Source: Candidatus Bathyarchaeota archaeon
GTDB taxonomy: Archaea > Thermoproteota > Bathyarchaeia > Bathyarchaeales > Bathycorpusculaceae
NCBI GenBank assembly: GCA_963702095.1
Contig: OY969706.1
Location: 2,016,001 to 2,080,000 of the forward strand
Length of the DNA stretch: 64,000 bases
Direction: 5' to 3'
The notes under the pieces are model-generated. The model searched no databases and was not told the origin of the DNA. It saw only the letters and a list, made by a program, of their open reading frames with translations. The translations under genes were made by a program, and so were the position numbers. Shown here in pieces: positions 1-9,376 of the stretch; positions within the stretch are counted from its first letter, which is position 1, and each line of letters starts with the position of its first letter.

Positions 1-124
1 CAACCTTGTTCTTTTTGACTATTATCTTTTTGTATGCATAGTGAGTATGCAATATGCACAAGACTTATATGTGAAAACGTGTGCAAATTGAATATGCACA
101 AAACACATTAAAAATGGTGATACC

Positions 125-607
125 TTGAAAAGAGAAAAAACTAACCCACTCCCACAGGGGGATATAAAAAACTTAATCGACAAGTTGCCTGAAGAACTCA
201 GGGCAAAATACAAAACGCAAGCGTGTGTGTGTTGTGATGTTGTTGAGTGTTTGAAGGTTGTGGCGGCGTTGAAGTTGTGGTGTGATCGTGGTTATCGGGA
301 GGTGGAGTTTAGTGCGCCGTTGACGTGGGGTAGGAAAAAGTTTTTTGTTGATGTTTTGGCGAGGAAGGGGGATGGTGTGGTTGGGGTTGAGTGTATGCCG
401 AGTCTCAATTTGGGGTGGTTGCGTGGGCGTATGGCGTTGTTGCGTCGCTGTTTGGGTCCAGACACTTATTTTGTTATTGTTTTTCCCTCAACGGTGGATA
501 AGCGGGTTGATAAGGCGGCTTTTTTAGCTGACGAAGTATGGGTCACCAGCGAGGACAACGACAAGGTGGCACGCACGATGTTTGTCTCGGTCTGCCATAA
601 AGGATGA
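125..607 (+). CDS. Hypothetical protein, possible degenerate PD-(D/E)XK nuclease-like fold
   Basis: 160-aa ORF; segment REVEF..FFVDVLARKGDGVVGVECM resembles the D..ExK core, but the Lys is absent. Confidence 0.45.
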   Translation: MKREKTNPLPQGDIKNLIDKLPEELRAKYKTQACVCCDVVECLKVVAALKLWCDRGYREVEFSAPLTWGRKKFFVDVLARKGDGVVGVECMPSLNLGWLRGRMALLRRCLGPDTYFVIVFPSTVDKRVDKAAFLADEVWVTSEDNDKVARTMFVSVCHKG

Positions 608-632
608 AAATGCCAAACGCAGTCAAGCCTGT

Positions 633-1307
633 TTAGGTTAGGAGGTAGCTGCTGCCGAAGTAGCCCACATTCCTTGTCGCTGCTGAAGCTGTCTGTGAGC
701 TGATGCAGACTTTGCCGATAAGCGACATCAACTGGTAGGAGGCTTTGAGGGCTAAGTTGAGGTTGTTGTTGGTTAAGAATTTGGCTTCGATGTTTAGTGC
801 GGTGCCCTGTATGTTAGCGGCGACTTGTATTCCGCCATCCTCAGTGATCCACTTCAAGGTGACGCCTTGGTTGTTCTCGGATATGCCTAGCCAGCGGAGC
901 ATGCCGAACCATTTGCCACGGAGCTGTAAAATCAGCTGTTGGGTCATCAAGTCCGAGGGCAGATAGGTCTGTATAAGTGTCGTCGATGGGGTTTCGGTAC
1001 GGGGCGGGGTGAGTTTGACTTCTGTGATTTTTGGGGTAACCCGGTAGCCTTGGGGACCCTTTTTTATGATGCCTTCCTCTTCGAGGTGGCCCAGGATGCG
1101 GCTGAGGGTTTCGGGGTGTAGTCCTGTTCTGCGTTTCAGTCCGTCGAAGGTGAAGGTGGCGAAGTCTTCGGTTTCAATCAGTGCCAACACGTCTACGTCG
1201 CGTTCGCTAAGGGAGTAGTCGGTTGCTGCATTTTGCAGATTAACGTTTAGAATAGGTACCATTATTGTATGGATGGCTGGGATGTTGCTTTTGAAGGTTA
1301 CCCACAT
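633..1307 (-). CDS. Winged helix-turn-helix protein (start may be ~1262)
   Basis: TFDGLKRRTGLHPETLSRILGHLEEEGIIKK..YRV is a typical wHTH signature. Confidence 0.7.
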   Translation of the reverse strand: MWVTFKSNIPAIHTIMVPILNVNLQNAATDYSLSERDVDVLALIETEDFATFTFDGLKRRTGLHPETLSRILGHLEEEGIIKKGPQGYRVTPKITEVKLTPPRTETPSTTLIQTYLPSDLMTQQLILQLRGKWFGMLRWLGISENNQGVTLKWITEDGGIQVAANIQGTALNIEAKFLTNNNLNLALKASYQLMSLIGKVCISSQTASAATRNVGYFGSSYLLT

Positions 1308-1798
1308 TACCCAGGATTATCCATGGAAAAACAGGATTAAATTAAAAACTAATTGCTCAGCGAACCGAACGTCCAGCAATGGGCAAACTAGGAATCCAAC
1401 TCGGGGATACAATGGCTGCTGGGCGTTGATTCGCCGAGCCTTACTCGCTTTTGGCTTTGCGATTCTCGGCAAACTATATGGTTGGTTGAGGGCTCTTAAG
1501 AGTTTCACAAATAATCTATATAGAGAAAAGATTCTACATAGGAATTTCTTAACTTACTCCCATGAGAAAGTATAGTTGAGAGCGTGAATAGAACTTGAAG
1601 GTTAAATGCATAGGCTGCGACCATAAATTCGAGGTTTATCCTGAGAATTTTTCTAACCACGAAATAATTTTTTGTCCAGTATGCGGTTTAGACCATGAAG
1701 TAATCAAGAAAACCAGCCATGCCATAGTGGCGTCCCCCATTTTATAGCTGACAACGCAAGTCTTAAGGCTTTTAAACTCAAAATGCTAGTCTTGAGTT

Positions 1799-2326
1799 AT
1801 GAAAGAAGTCGAAGCCAAAATCTTAGAAATAAACAAAGAAAAAACCGTCAAAAACCTCACAGCATCCGGAGCGTCAAGAGTTTTTGACGGCGAAATATTA
1901 ACCCTCTTTCTAGACTTCCCCGACAATCGAATCCACAAAAGAAGAGACGTTCTGAGGCTAAGAAAAGAGGGAGACAAATCAGAGTTAACATACAAAAAAA
2001 TTGAAGAGAACAAAGCGGTTAAGCAAGCGCAAGAATACTCCGTGGAAATCTCCGACATAGAAACAACCCAAAATATTCTACAGAACCTCGGGTTGGGGGT
2101 GACACAGAAAATGGAGAAACATAGGCTCAGCTATAAAATAGGGCACGTCCGCTTTGACATTGACCGCTATACTGGTGAATACCGATTTATTCCCGAATTT
2201 CTTGAGATTGAAGGGCCCGAGGAGGATATCAAAAAGTACGCCAAGGTTTTGGGTTTCCAAGAAAAGGATTGTTTGCCTTGGTCCACAGACGAATTAATCC
2301 GTCATTATCAAGGTAAAAGGGTTTAG
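1799..2326 (+). CDS. CYTH / class IV adenylate cyclase-like triphosphate tunnel metalloenzyme
   Basis: N-terminal ExExK (EVEAK), plus LRLR, LTYK, EKHR and FLEIEG motifs. Confidence 0.9.
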   Translation: MKEVEAKILEINKEKTVKNLTASGASRVFDGEILTLFLDFPDNRIHKRRDVLRLRKEGDKSELTYKKIEENKAVKQAQEYSVEISDIETTQNILQNLGLGVTQKMEKHRLSYKIGHVRFDIDRYTGEYRFIPEFLEIEGPEEDIKKYAKVLGFQEKDCLPWSTDELIRHYQGKRV

Positions 2327-2784
2327 CGTTTGGCTTTGGGCGACTTGGGTTTGCGTGCTGGTGGTGATTTAACGATTTTTGCTGCTTGTTTAGGTTTAGC
2401 AGGTGACTTCTTAGAAGTATTCCACTTTGGGTATTCGCCGTGCTCTTTTTTGAAGTTCTCAAGCAGTTGTTCCTGAGTGGTCTTGGGTTTGTCGCTTAGC
2501 ATCCAGCCGACTGCAACCTTTTCTATGAAGCCGTCGTCAAAAAGCAGGGAGTGGATTTTCCTGGTTGTTTTTCCGCCGTATCCAGCTAAGTAGCCGCCGA
2601 AGACTCTTTTTGTGGGTTTTTTGGATTTGCCGATGAAGAGTATGTCGGAGGATGGTTTGTCACTGACTGTAGAATCGATTAGCACTATAACGCTGTTTTT
2701 GTTGTAGGGCAGGCTTGTGATTGGTAGGCCTTTGAGGGGTAAGAATTCGGTGAAGCCATTTTCCTTTAGGTTCTGGGAGTTCAT
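2323..2784 (-). CDS. GIY-YIG-like protein (degenerate) with Lys/Pro-rich basic tail
   Basis: ILFIGKS....RV and QEQLLENF..EHGEYPKWN resemble the YIG, Arg, Glu and Asn elements; the GIY motif is not conserved. Confidence 0.5.
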   Translation of the reverse strand: MNSQNLKENGFTEFLPLKGLPITSLPYNKNSVIVLIDSTVSDKPSSDILFIGKSKKPTKRVFGGYLAGYGGKTTRKIHSLLFDDGFIEKVAVGWMLSDKPKTTQEQLLENFKKEHGEYPKWNTSKKSPAKPKQAAKIVKSPPARKPKSPKAKR

Positions 2785-3122
2785 GTATTTGAGTAGGCGA
2801 ATGCCAGAATTTAACCGTTACTATATTAAATATATTGCACTATAGATTTTATGTTCAAAGGACTTAACCATCACATGCGACTTAACTCGTTCACGGTGTT
2901 CTTCAGTGAACAAGAAAGTACCGCTCTTCAAATTCGAAAGCTTTACAGTCGCCCGCCCTAAATGCAGAGACATAAGCGATTTGCCAAGGAAGCACAACCG
3001 CTGAATCCCTTCGAGTCTACGCCCACAACTTATTATTTACACGAGTCACTATATAGTATATTGCGCTCATTGTCTTTCGGTAAAATAGATGCGCCGAAGG
3101 AGAGGGCTCGGTAGGGTAAGGT

Positions 3123-5261
3123 TTGTCGACTAAATCCAATTTCTATACTGAAGAAAACAGTGTTCTGCCCCAAGAGATTAACCTAGATAACCCAAGGTAC
3201 TACATTAATAGGGAACTGAGTTGGGTAAGATTCAACGCCCGCATCCTAGAAGAAGCACGTGATGAATGGCACCCCGTACTTGAGAGAATCAAATTCATCG
3301 CTATATGCGGTAGCAACCTTGACGAGTTTTTCATGACAAGAGTCGCCAAGTTGATAAAGAAAAATAACAAGCGCTCTGAGGAAAAATCCATGGACGACAC
3401 GACCGCTATGGAACAGATAAATGCCACCCGCCAAGAGATTATTCCTTTGCTTGTGAAGCATGCGGATTGCTGGAAAAACGAGCTTGTGCCTGCTCTATCG
3501 AAAGAGGAGATATTTATTCGGCAGTTTAGCGAGTTGCCCGATAGCTCCAAAGAAAGTTTGCGGGAGTATTTTAAAACCGCTATCTTACCTGAAATGCAGG
3601 TTTACAAACCCGATTTTGACAGCGCATGTATAGAGAATCTACGGGTCTGCATATGCGTTGTCGGCTTTGGAGAGGATTCTTATAGGATTGTTGAGGTTCC
3701 AACTGAACATGTTGGCCGCTTAATTGGGTTTCCTCAAAGAACCTACAGGCAGGTTTTAGATGGCGAATTAGAGTTTGTATTTCTTGAAGACCTCATTTGT
3801 AATTGTTTAGACCTTGTTTTTCCAAACGAAAAAAGCATAGCAGGGTATCCTTTTCGGTTGACCCGTAACGGCGAGATAGAAATTCTTATGGATGAATCCT
3901 CTGACTTCATGAGTTCCATAAAGAAGGGGGTTTCCAGAAGGAAAACAGGGTTCCCCACCAGACTTGAATTCGACAAAAGAACGCCCTCAAAAGTCAGGGA
4001 AACAATAACAGCTCACTTTAATTTACCACCGTACTTGATCTACGAGTTTGATGGACCACTAGGGCTTGTAGATTTATGGCAGCTACATAAGGTGAATCGC
4101 CCGGATTTGAAGGACAAAACGTTTCTTCCCTCAATTCTGCCGCTGCTGACTCCCAACGAGAACCTGTTTCAAACTATAGCGAAAAGGGATATTGTCCTCT
4201 ATCATCCCTATGATGGGTTTGAAGTAATCATCGACCTGCTCAAGGAAGCAGCACAGGATAGGGGGGTTGAAAAAATATTCATCACAATGTATCGCATGGA
4301 CCATAAATCCCCCATCGTTGATGCACTCATAGATGCAGTGAGAAACGGCAAAAAAGTAACCGCTATAGTTGAGTTGAAGGCAAAGTTTGATGAAGAAAAC
4401 AATATTTTGCTGGTTTCTAAGTTTAGGGCGGCAGGCATCAACGTGGTTTACAATTTCCCTAACCTGAAAGTCCACGCTAAACTCTGTCTTATAGTTAGGA
4501 AAGAAAAGAAGAACATCGTCAGGTATTCACATATAGGGTCAGGCAACTATAACGCGGTAACCGCAAAAATCTACGGCGACATCGGGTACTTAACAGCTAA
4601 CCATGACGTTGGAGTGGAGTTGGATGAGCTCTTCCACATATTGATTAATGGATTACAGGAAAAAGAGTTCAAGCATTTACTTGTTGCCCCAAGGTCTCTT
4701 AAAAATGAAATTCTTAGACGAATCGATAGGGAAATCGAGGTACACCGCAAAACCGGCAAAGGCTACCTCGCATTTAAACTGAACAACTTAGAAGAGAAAG
4801 ATATCATAAAAGCGCTCTATAGGGCATCTATGGCGGGAATTAAAGTGGACCTTAACGTGAGGGCTCTTTGCTGTCTACGACCAGGAATCAAAGGAGTCAG
4901 CGATAATATCTCGGTGATCTCCATTGTGGGCCGTTTCTTGGAGCATGCCCGCATGTACTTTTTCCAGAACGGCTACGACCATGAACTCTTAATCGGCAGT
5001 TCAGATATGATGTTCCGCAACCTCAACGAACGAGTGGAAGTTCTCTTTAGCGTTCCTGACCCCCAGATTCGATGCGCAATCCTCGAGGACATGCTGAAGA
5101 TACACCTCAAAGATAACGTTAAAGCCAGAAAGCTCCTTTCTGATGGAACTTACGAAAAGGTTTTACCCAAAGAAGGCGAAAAAGGTCTAAATTCTCAGTT
5201 CTGGCTAATTCAAAACCGAGGCATCTGGCATGAATACGCAGCCTACATCTCAGATATGTGA
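3123..5261 (+). CDS. ppk1: Polyphosphate kinase 1
   Basis: YINRELSW, SNLDEFFM, HPY, ELKAKFDEENN, KVHAK, GNYN and RFLEH motifs; TTG start. Confidence 0.97.
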   Translation: MSTKSNFYTEENSVLPQEINLDNPRYYINRELSWVRFNARILEEARDEWHPVLERIKFIAICGSNLDEFFMTRVAKLIKKNNKRSEEKSMDDTTAMEQINATRQEIIPLLVKHADCWKNELVPALSKEEIFIRQFSELPDSSKESLREYFKTAILPEMQVYKPDFDSACIENLRVCICVVGFGEDSYRIVEVPTEHVGRLIGFPQRTYRQVLDGELEFVFLEDLICNCLDLVFPNEKSIAGYPFRLTRNGEIEILMDESSDFMSSIKKGVSRRKTGFPTRLEFDKRTPSKVRETITAHFNLPPYLIYEFDGPLGLVDLWQLHKVNRPDLKDKTFLPSILPLLTPNENLFQTIAKRDIVLYHPYDGFEVIIDLLKEAAQDRGVEKIFITMYRMDHKSPIVDALIDAVRNGKKVTAIVELKAKFDEENNILLVSKFRAAGINVVYNFPNLKVHAKLCLIVRKEKKNIVRYSHIGSGNYNAVTAKIYGDIGYLTANHDVGVELDELFHILINGLQEKEFKHLLVAPRSLKNEILRRIDREIEVHRKTGKGYLAFKLNNLEEKDIIKALYRASMAGIKVDLNVRALCCLRPGIKGVSDNISVISIVGRFLEHARMYFFQNGYDHELLIGSSDMMFRNLNERVEVLFSVPDPQIRCAILEDMLKIHLKDNVKARKLLSDGTYEKVLPKEGEKGLNSQFWLIQNRGIWHEYAAYISDM

Positions 5262-7563
5262 GTTAAACAGGAGTTACTGCAGATTCGGAACGGAAACACT
5301 GCTTAAACTTCTCGACGGCGTCGACAACTTAATCGATGGAGTCGTAGAGAATGTTGATATTGAATGTGTCCATAAAACCCGTGTTGCTTCCCGTCGATTA
5401 AGGGCGGCTCTGCCTCTGTTTAGCGCCTGTTTTGACAAAAAAGACTACAAAGACTGGACAAAGGAAATCAAGAAAGTCACTAAACTGCTTTCCCAAGCAA
5501 GAGACCTTGACGTCCAAATCGCCTTTATCGAACAATACCTAAAAAAACTCAGCTCAGCGGAAGAGAAAGCAGGCATTAATGTGCTACTTAAGGACCATAA
5601 AAGCTGTCGAAAAAACATCCAATCCCAGGTCGATTCAGGGCTAAAAGAACTAAAAGACTGCAGCACCCTCGGCGATGTGGAGCATAACTGCAAGGACATA
5701 CTTGCTCAAGAGCTAAACCAACCCTTTGACCCCGCTCAAGTGCTGGAAAAAGCCCACTGGCACATATCCTATAGACTGGATGATTTTCTGTCGATGGCAG
5801 CCTACGTTTATGTGGAGAAAGAAAAATCAAAGCATCACCAGATGAGGATTTATGCTAAGAAGCTACGTTACACGATGGAGTGCTTTGCTCCTCTCTATCC
5901 AGATAAGCTCAATGGTGAAATAGAAACCATAAAAAACTTCCAAGATGTCCTAGGCGAAATGCATGACTGCGACGTCTGGACCGATTACATCCCCCAATTT
6001 AACAGAAAAATACAGGGAAAAACAAAACTTCCAAAGGGCACAAATAAACAAAAAATCAATCAAGCCCTCCATAACTTCCAAACCTACGTAGTAGACCGCA
6101 GAAAGAACTACTACAACCAGTTCATTAAACTCTGGGAGGAAAAAGAAGAAAACGGTTTTTTTGATAAACTAAGGGAAAAAACTGGGCGACACTATATGGC
6201 GTTAACTCAAGAGAGAATAAAAAAAGCGCTCAGGGACCCTAACGTGAAAATCGCGTTGATATCTGACGTCCATGCTAACCTGCAAGCTCTGGAGAAAGTG
6301 TTTGAAGACGCAATGAGCCGTGGAGCCAACGTTTTTCTCAATGCAGGCGACTCAATCGGTTTCGGCGCTAACCCCAACGAAGTGATAAAGTTGCTTTGTG
6401 AAAGAGGCGTCTTAAGCATCATGGGCAACTATGACTTAGAAGTGTTAGAGGGTAAAAGTGATGCTAAAGCAGAAAAAAAGGCAGCTTACAAATTTGCCAA
6501 AAAAGAACTGTCACAGTCAGCGAACTGTTATCTTCAGTCTTTGCCGCATGAACTCCGCCTTGAAGCAGTAGGACAGAAACTTTTCGTTACCCATGGAAGC
6601 CCCGAATCCATCGAAGAACACATTTACCAAGATACTCCGCCACAGCGTCTTGAAGTTTTTGCGGCTGTCGCCCAAGCAGACATCATTGTCGGGGGGCATT
6701 CGCATGAGCAGTTTCAGCGGACAACAAACGGAACCTGCTTTGTGAATCCGGGGAGCGTGGGCAGACCCGGCGACGGCAACCCTCAGGCCGGCTACGCTCT
6801 CCTCACCTTCAACCCCCTCAATATTGAATTGGTCAGGGTGGATTATGATGTTTGGGCTGCTGCAGACGCACTTAGAAAAGAGGGGCTGCCGGAGAGTTTT
6901 GCACAGATGCTTCTGTATGGAGTATCCCTTGATGTTATAACAAAGGAAGATCATGCTAAAGCTGGCTTTTCTGAGGCAGACTGCACAAGGGCGGTGGATG
7001 CATCAGGTAAGTTTTCGCGGGAACTATGGCCGGACGTTGACCATTATAAACAGGTAACTAATCTTGCGTTAGGCTTGTTTGATGGGCTGGCTAAATTGCA
7101 CAAGTTGGGTAAGCGGGAGCGTTGCTGGTTGGAATGCGCCGCCATATTACATGATGTCGGCTTGTCAAAAAACAGCGGTAAACACCACAAAAGCTCGATG
7201 CAAATCATCTTAAACAGCACCCAACTGCCGTTTCCATCCATGGATAGAAGGGTAATCGCAAGCATCGCCCGATACCACCGCAAGGCAATGCCGAAACAAA
7301 AGCACTACAATTTAACTACTTTAAACCGCGCCACAATCCATAAAATCTGTATTTTATCGAGTCTTCTGCGTTTGGCAGACAGTCTTGATTACACTCATGA
7401 ATCCGCCGTTAAACTGTTAGGCATCAAAGTTGGGACCAAAAAAGTAACTGTTGAATGCGTTTCTAAGACGGATTTTGCACTGGAAGAGCAGGCGTTTATT
7501 AAGAAGAAGGACTTGTTTGAAAAAGTCTTTAATAGAAAAACGATGCTGGTATGGAAACAGTGA
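5230..7563 (+). CDS. CHAD + YfcE-like metallophosphoesterase + Ppx-type HD domain fusion
   Basis: CHAD: HKTRVASRRLR, RDLDV, HQMRIYAKKLRY, QDVLGEMHD. MPP: SDVHAN, GD, GNYD, THGSP, GHSH, NPGSVG. HD: LHDVG, ARYHRK, LRLADSLD. Confidence 0.9.
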   Translation: MNTQPTSQICELNRSYCRFGTETLLKLLDGVDNLIDGVVENVDIECVHKTRVASRRLRAALPLFSACFDKKDYKDWTKEIKKVTKLLSQARDLDVQIAFIEQYLKKLSSAEEKAGINVLLKDHKSCRKNIQSQVDSGLKELKDCSTLGDVEHNCKDILAQELNQPFDPAQVLEKAHWHISYRLDDFLSMAAYVYVEKEKSKHHQMRIYAKKLRYTMECFAPLYPDKLNGEIETIKNFQDVLGEMHDCDVWTDYIPQFNRKIQGKTKLPKGTNKQKINQALHNFQTYVVDRRKNYYNQFIKLWEEKEENGFFDKLREKTGRHYMALTQERIKKALRDPNVKIALISDVHANLQALEKVFEDAMSRGANVFLNAGDSIGFGANPNEVIKLLCERGVLSIMGNYDLEVLEGKSDAKAEKKAAYKFAKKELSQSANCYLQSLPHELRLEAVGQKLFVTHGSPESIEEHIYQDTPPQRLEVFAAVAQADIIVGGHSHEQFQRTTNGTCFVNPGSVGRPGDGNPQAGYALLTFNPLNIELVRVDYDVWAAADALRKEGLPESFAQMLLYGVSLDVITKEDHAKAGFSEADCTRAVDASGKFSRELWPDVDHYKQVTNLALGLFDGLAKLHKLGKRERCWLECAAILHDVGLSKNSGKHHKSSMQIILNSTQLPFPSMDRRVIASIARYHRKAMPKQKHYNLTTLNRATIHKICILSSLLRLADSLDYTHESAVKLLGIKVGTKKVTVECVSKTDFALEEQAFIKKKDLFEKVFNRKTMLVWKQ

Positions 7564-9128
7564 AAACCGCAGAACGTGTCGTGGGATTCATTGATATCGG
7601 CACAAACGCCGTACGACTTCTAGTGGTTAGGATAAACCCAAACCTTTCTTACACGATAATAAGCCAAGAGAAAGAAGTAGTGAGGCTAGGCGAACAGGAA
7701 TTCAAAGATTGCATTCTAAGACCTGACGCTAAGGAAAGAGCTATTTTCGTATGCGGTAAATTCGCTGCGCTAGCTAGAACCTACGGTGCAGACGAAATCG
7801 TTTCGGTTGGAACTTCAGCGATTAGGGAAGCCATAAACAGAGACGAATTTCTTGGGGAACTTAAAGCGAAAACTGGGTTAGAAGTTAAGGTTATTTCGGG
7901 GCAAGAGGAAGCAAGGCTCATCTGGTTGGGCGTATCCAGCGGGATAGACATCGGCGACCAAAAAGCGTTGTTCATAGATTTAGGCGGAGGCAGCACTGAA
8001 ATTGCAATCGCAAATCAAAACGAATGCTTCTACATCAACAGCCTCCGCTTGGGTGCAATCCGTTTGACTTCACAGTTTATCGGTGAAGGCTGGACTGGAC
8101 CCATAAGCGCCGAAACATACAAGCAAATCCGGAACTACTCCTGCAACAAAATAAACATCGTAAAATCCCGAGTTCTACAATACGGTGTCAGGTTAGCGTG
8201 GGGTTCTTCTGGGACGATGATTAATCTGGCAGAGGTTTCGAATAAACTGTTCAAGAAAACTGCCGGCGAAAAGGAACTGGTATTGTCCAGAAAGAACCTC
8301 AAAAAATTGGCCACTGTGCTTTGTTGGCTGCCCCTTGAGGAACGAAGAAAAGTACCAGCCATCAACCCTGACCGCGCAGATATTATTATCGCTGGAGCCG
8401 CGATAATCGAAGCGGTTATGGAACAGTTTGGACTCGAAGAAATAAACATCAGCCACCGAGAACTCCGAGACGGCCTACTGGTTGACTACCTCTCCAAGTA
8501 TGAAGGCTTTAGGCAACTTCAAAAAACCCCTATGAGAAACCGCAGCATTTTGCATTTGGGGAGATCATGCAATTTCGATGAGAAACACGCTGAAACAGTC
8601 ACTACATTGGCTTTACAGCTTTTTGACAGTGCAAAACAGGTTGGTTTACATCGCATGGGCGAAAAAGAAAGAGAACTGCTAAAACACGCGGCTACTCTCC
8701 ATGACGTCGGCGACTTTCTCTCCTTCAACAATCACCATCTCCACTCACACTACATCATCAGTAACGCGGGGCTCCCAGGCTTCGATAAGGAAGAAATCCA
8801 AATCATTGCTAACATCGCCCGTTTCCACAGAAAAAAGTTGCCTTCCAAGAAAGCCCTAAAATATGAGGGGCTCGACGAGGAAAACAAAGACACTGTGGCG
8901 TTACTATCTACGTTTTTGAGGTTTGCTGAAAAACTTGATCGAAGCCACTGTGGGTTGGTGAAGAAAGCAGAGTTTGTCAAGGTCAATAAAGACCAAGTGC
9001 TTCTTAGGTTCTATTCAGACACGGATTGTAGCCTTGAAGAGTGGAGTATCATCCAGAATCGGCAGGCGTTTTTCGAAGCGTTCGAGAAGCAGTTGGAAGC
9101 GCAATGCATCGAAACCCCCAGCAAATAG
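7551..9128 (+). CDS. ppx: Exopolyphosphatase, Ppx/GppA family
   Basis: IDIGTN, TSAIREA, ISGQEEA, DLGGGSTE, RADII, LRDG motifs plus C-terminal HD domain (LHDVG). Confidence 0.95.
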   Translation: METVKTAERVVGFIDIGTNAVRLLVVRINPNLSYTIISQEKEVVRLGEQEFKDCILRPDAKERAIFVCGKFAALARTYGADEIVSVGTSAIREAINRDEFLGELKAKTGLEVKVISGQEEARLIWLGVSSGIDIGDQKALFIDLGGGSTEIAIANQNECFYINSLRLGAIRLTSQFIGEGWTGPISAETYKQIRNYSCNKINIVKSRVLQYGVRLAWGSSGTMINLAEVSNKLFKKTAGEKELVLSRKNLKKLATVLCWLPLEERRKVPAINPDRADIIIAGAAIIEAVMEQFGLEEINISHRELRDGLLVDYLSKYEGFRQLQKTPMRNRSILHLGRSCNFDEKHAETVTTLALQLFDSAKQVGLHRMGEKERELLKHAATLHDVGDFLSFNNHHLHSHYIISNAGLPGFDKEEIQIIANIARFHRKKLPSKKALKYEGLDEENKDTVALLSTFLRFAEKLDRSHCGLVKKAEFVKVNKDQVLLRFYSDTDCSLEEWSIIQNRQAFFEAFEKQLEAQCIETPSK

Positions 9129-9289
9129 CAGTAAACTGGGTTATGGAGAGCCCAACGTTCCTTTATAAAAACGGGGGATACCTCTAAGATAGGTCGCGTG
9201 GGCTCCAACATGGCTTTTGAGCTGCTTGAGGAAAACGCCTCAACCATATAGCACCCCATCTCCGTTGCAGAACCCAAACAGAGCCGTCT

Positions 9290-9349
9290 GCCAAGCCCCT
9301 AAGAAGATGATGAGCAAGGGGCACTCTCTCTTCTTCTTAAACTAGAAAA
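9290..9349. repeat. Dispersed repeat family 1, copy A (hairpin-forming)
   Basis: Aligns with 54540-54600; the 20-mer CTTCTTCTTAAACTAGAAAA is identical in both. Confidence 0.85.
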
Positions 9350-9376
9350 CACAACTTGCCATTCTGCAGGATGCGG

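Noticed and set aside
1381-1462. c-di-GMP-I riboswitch-like words GGCAAAC and CGCAAAGCC
   Set aside because: They lie on opposite strands and the GAAA tetraloop stem is absent
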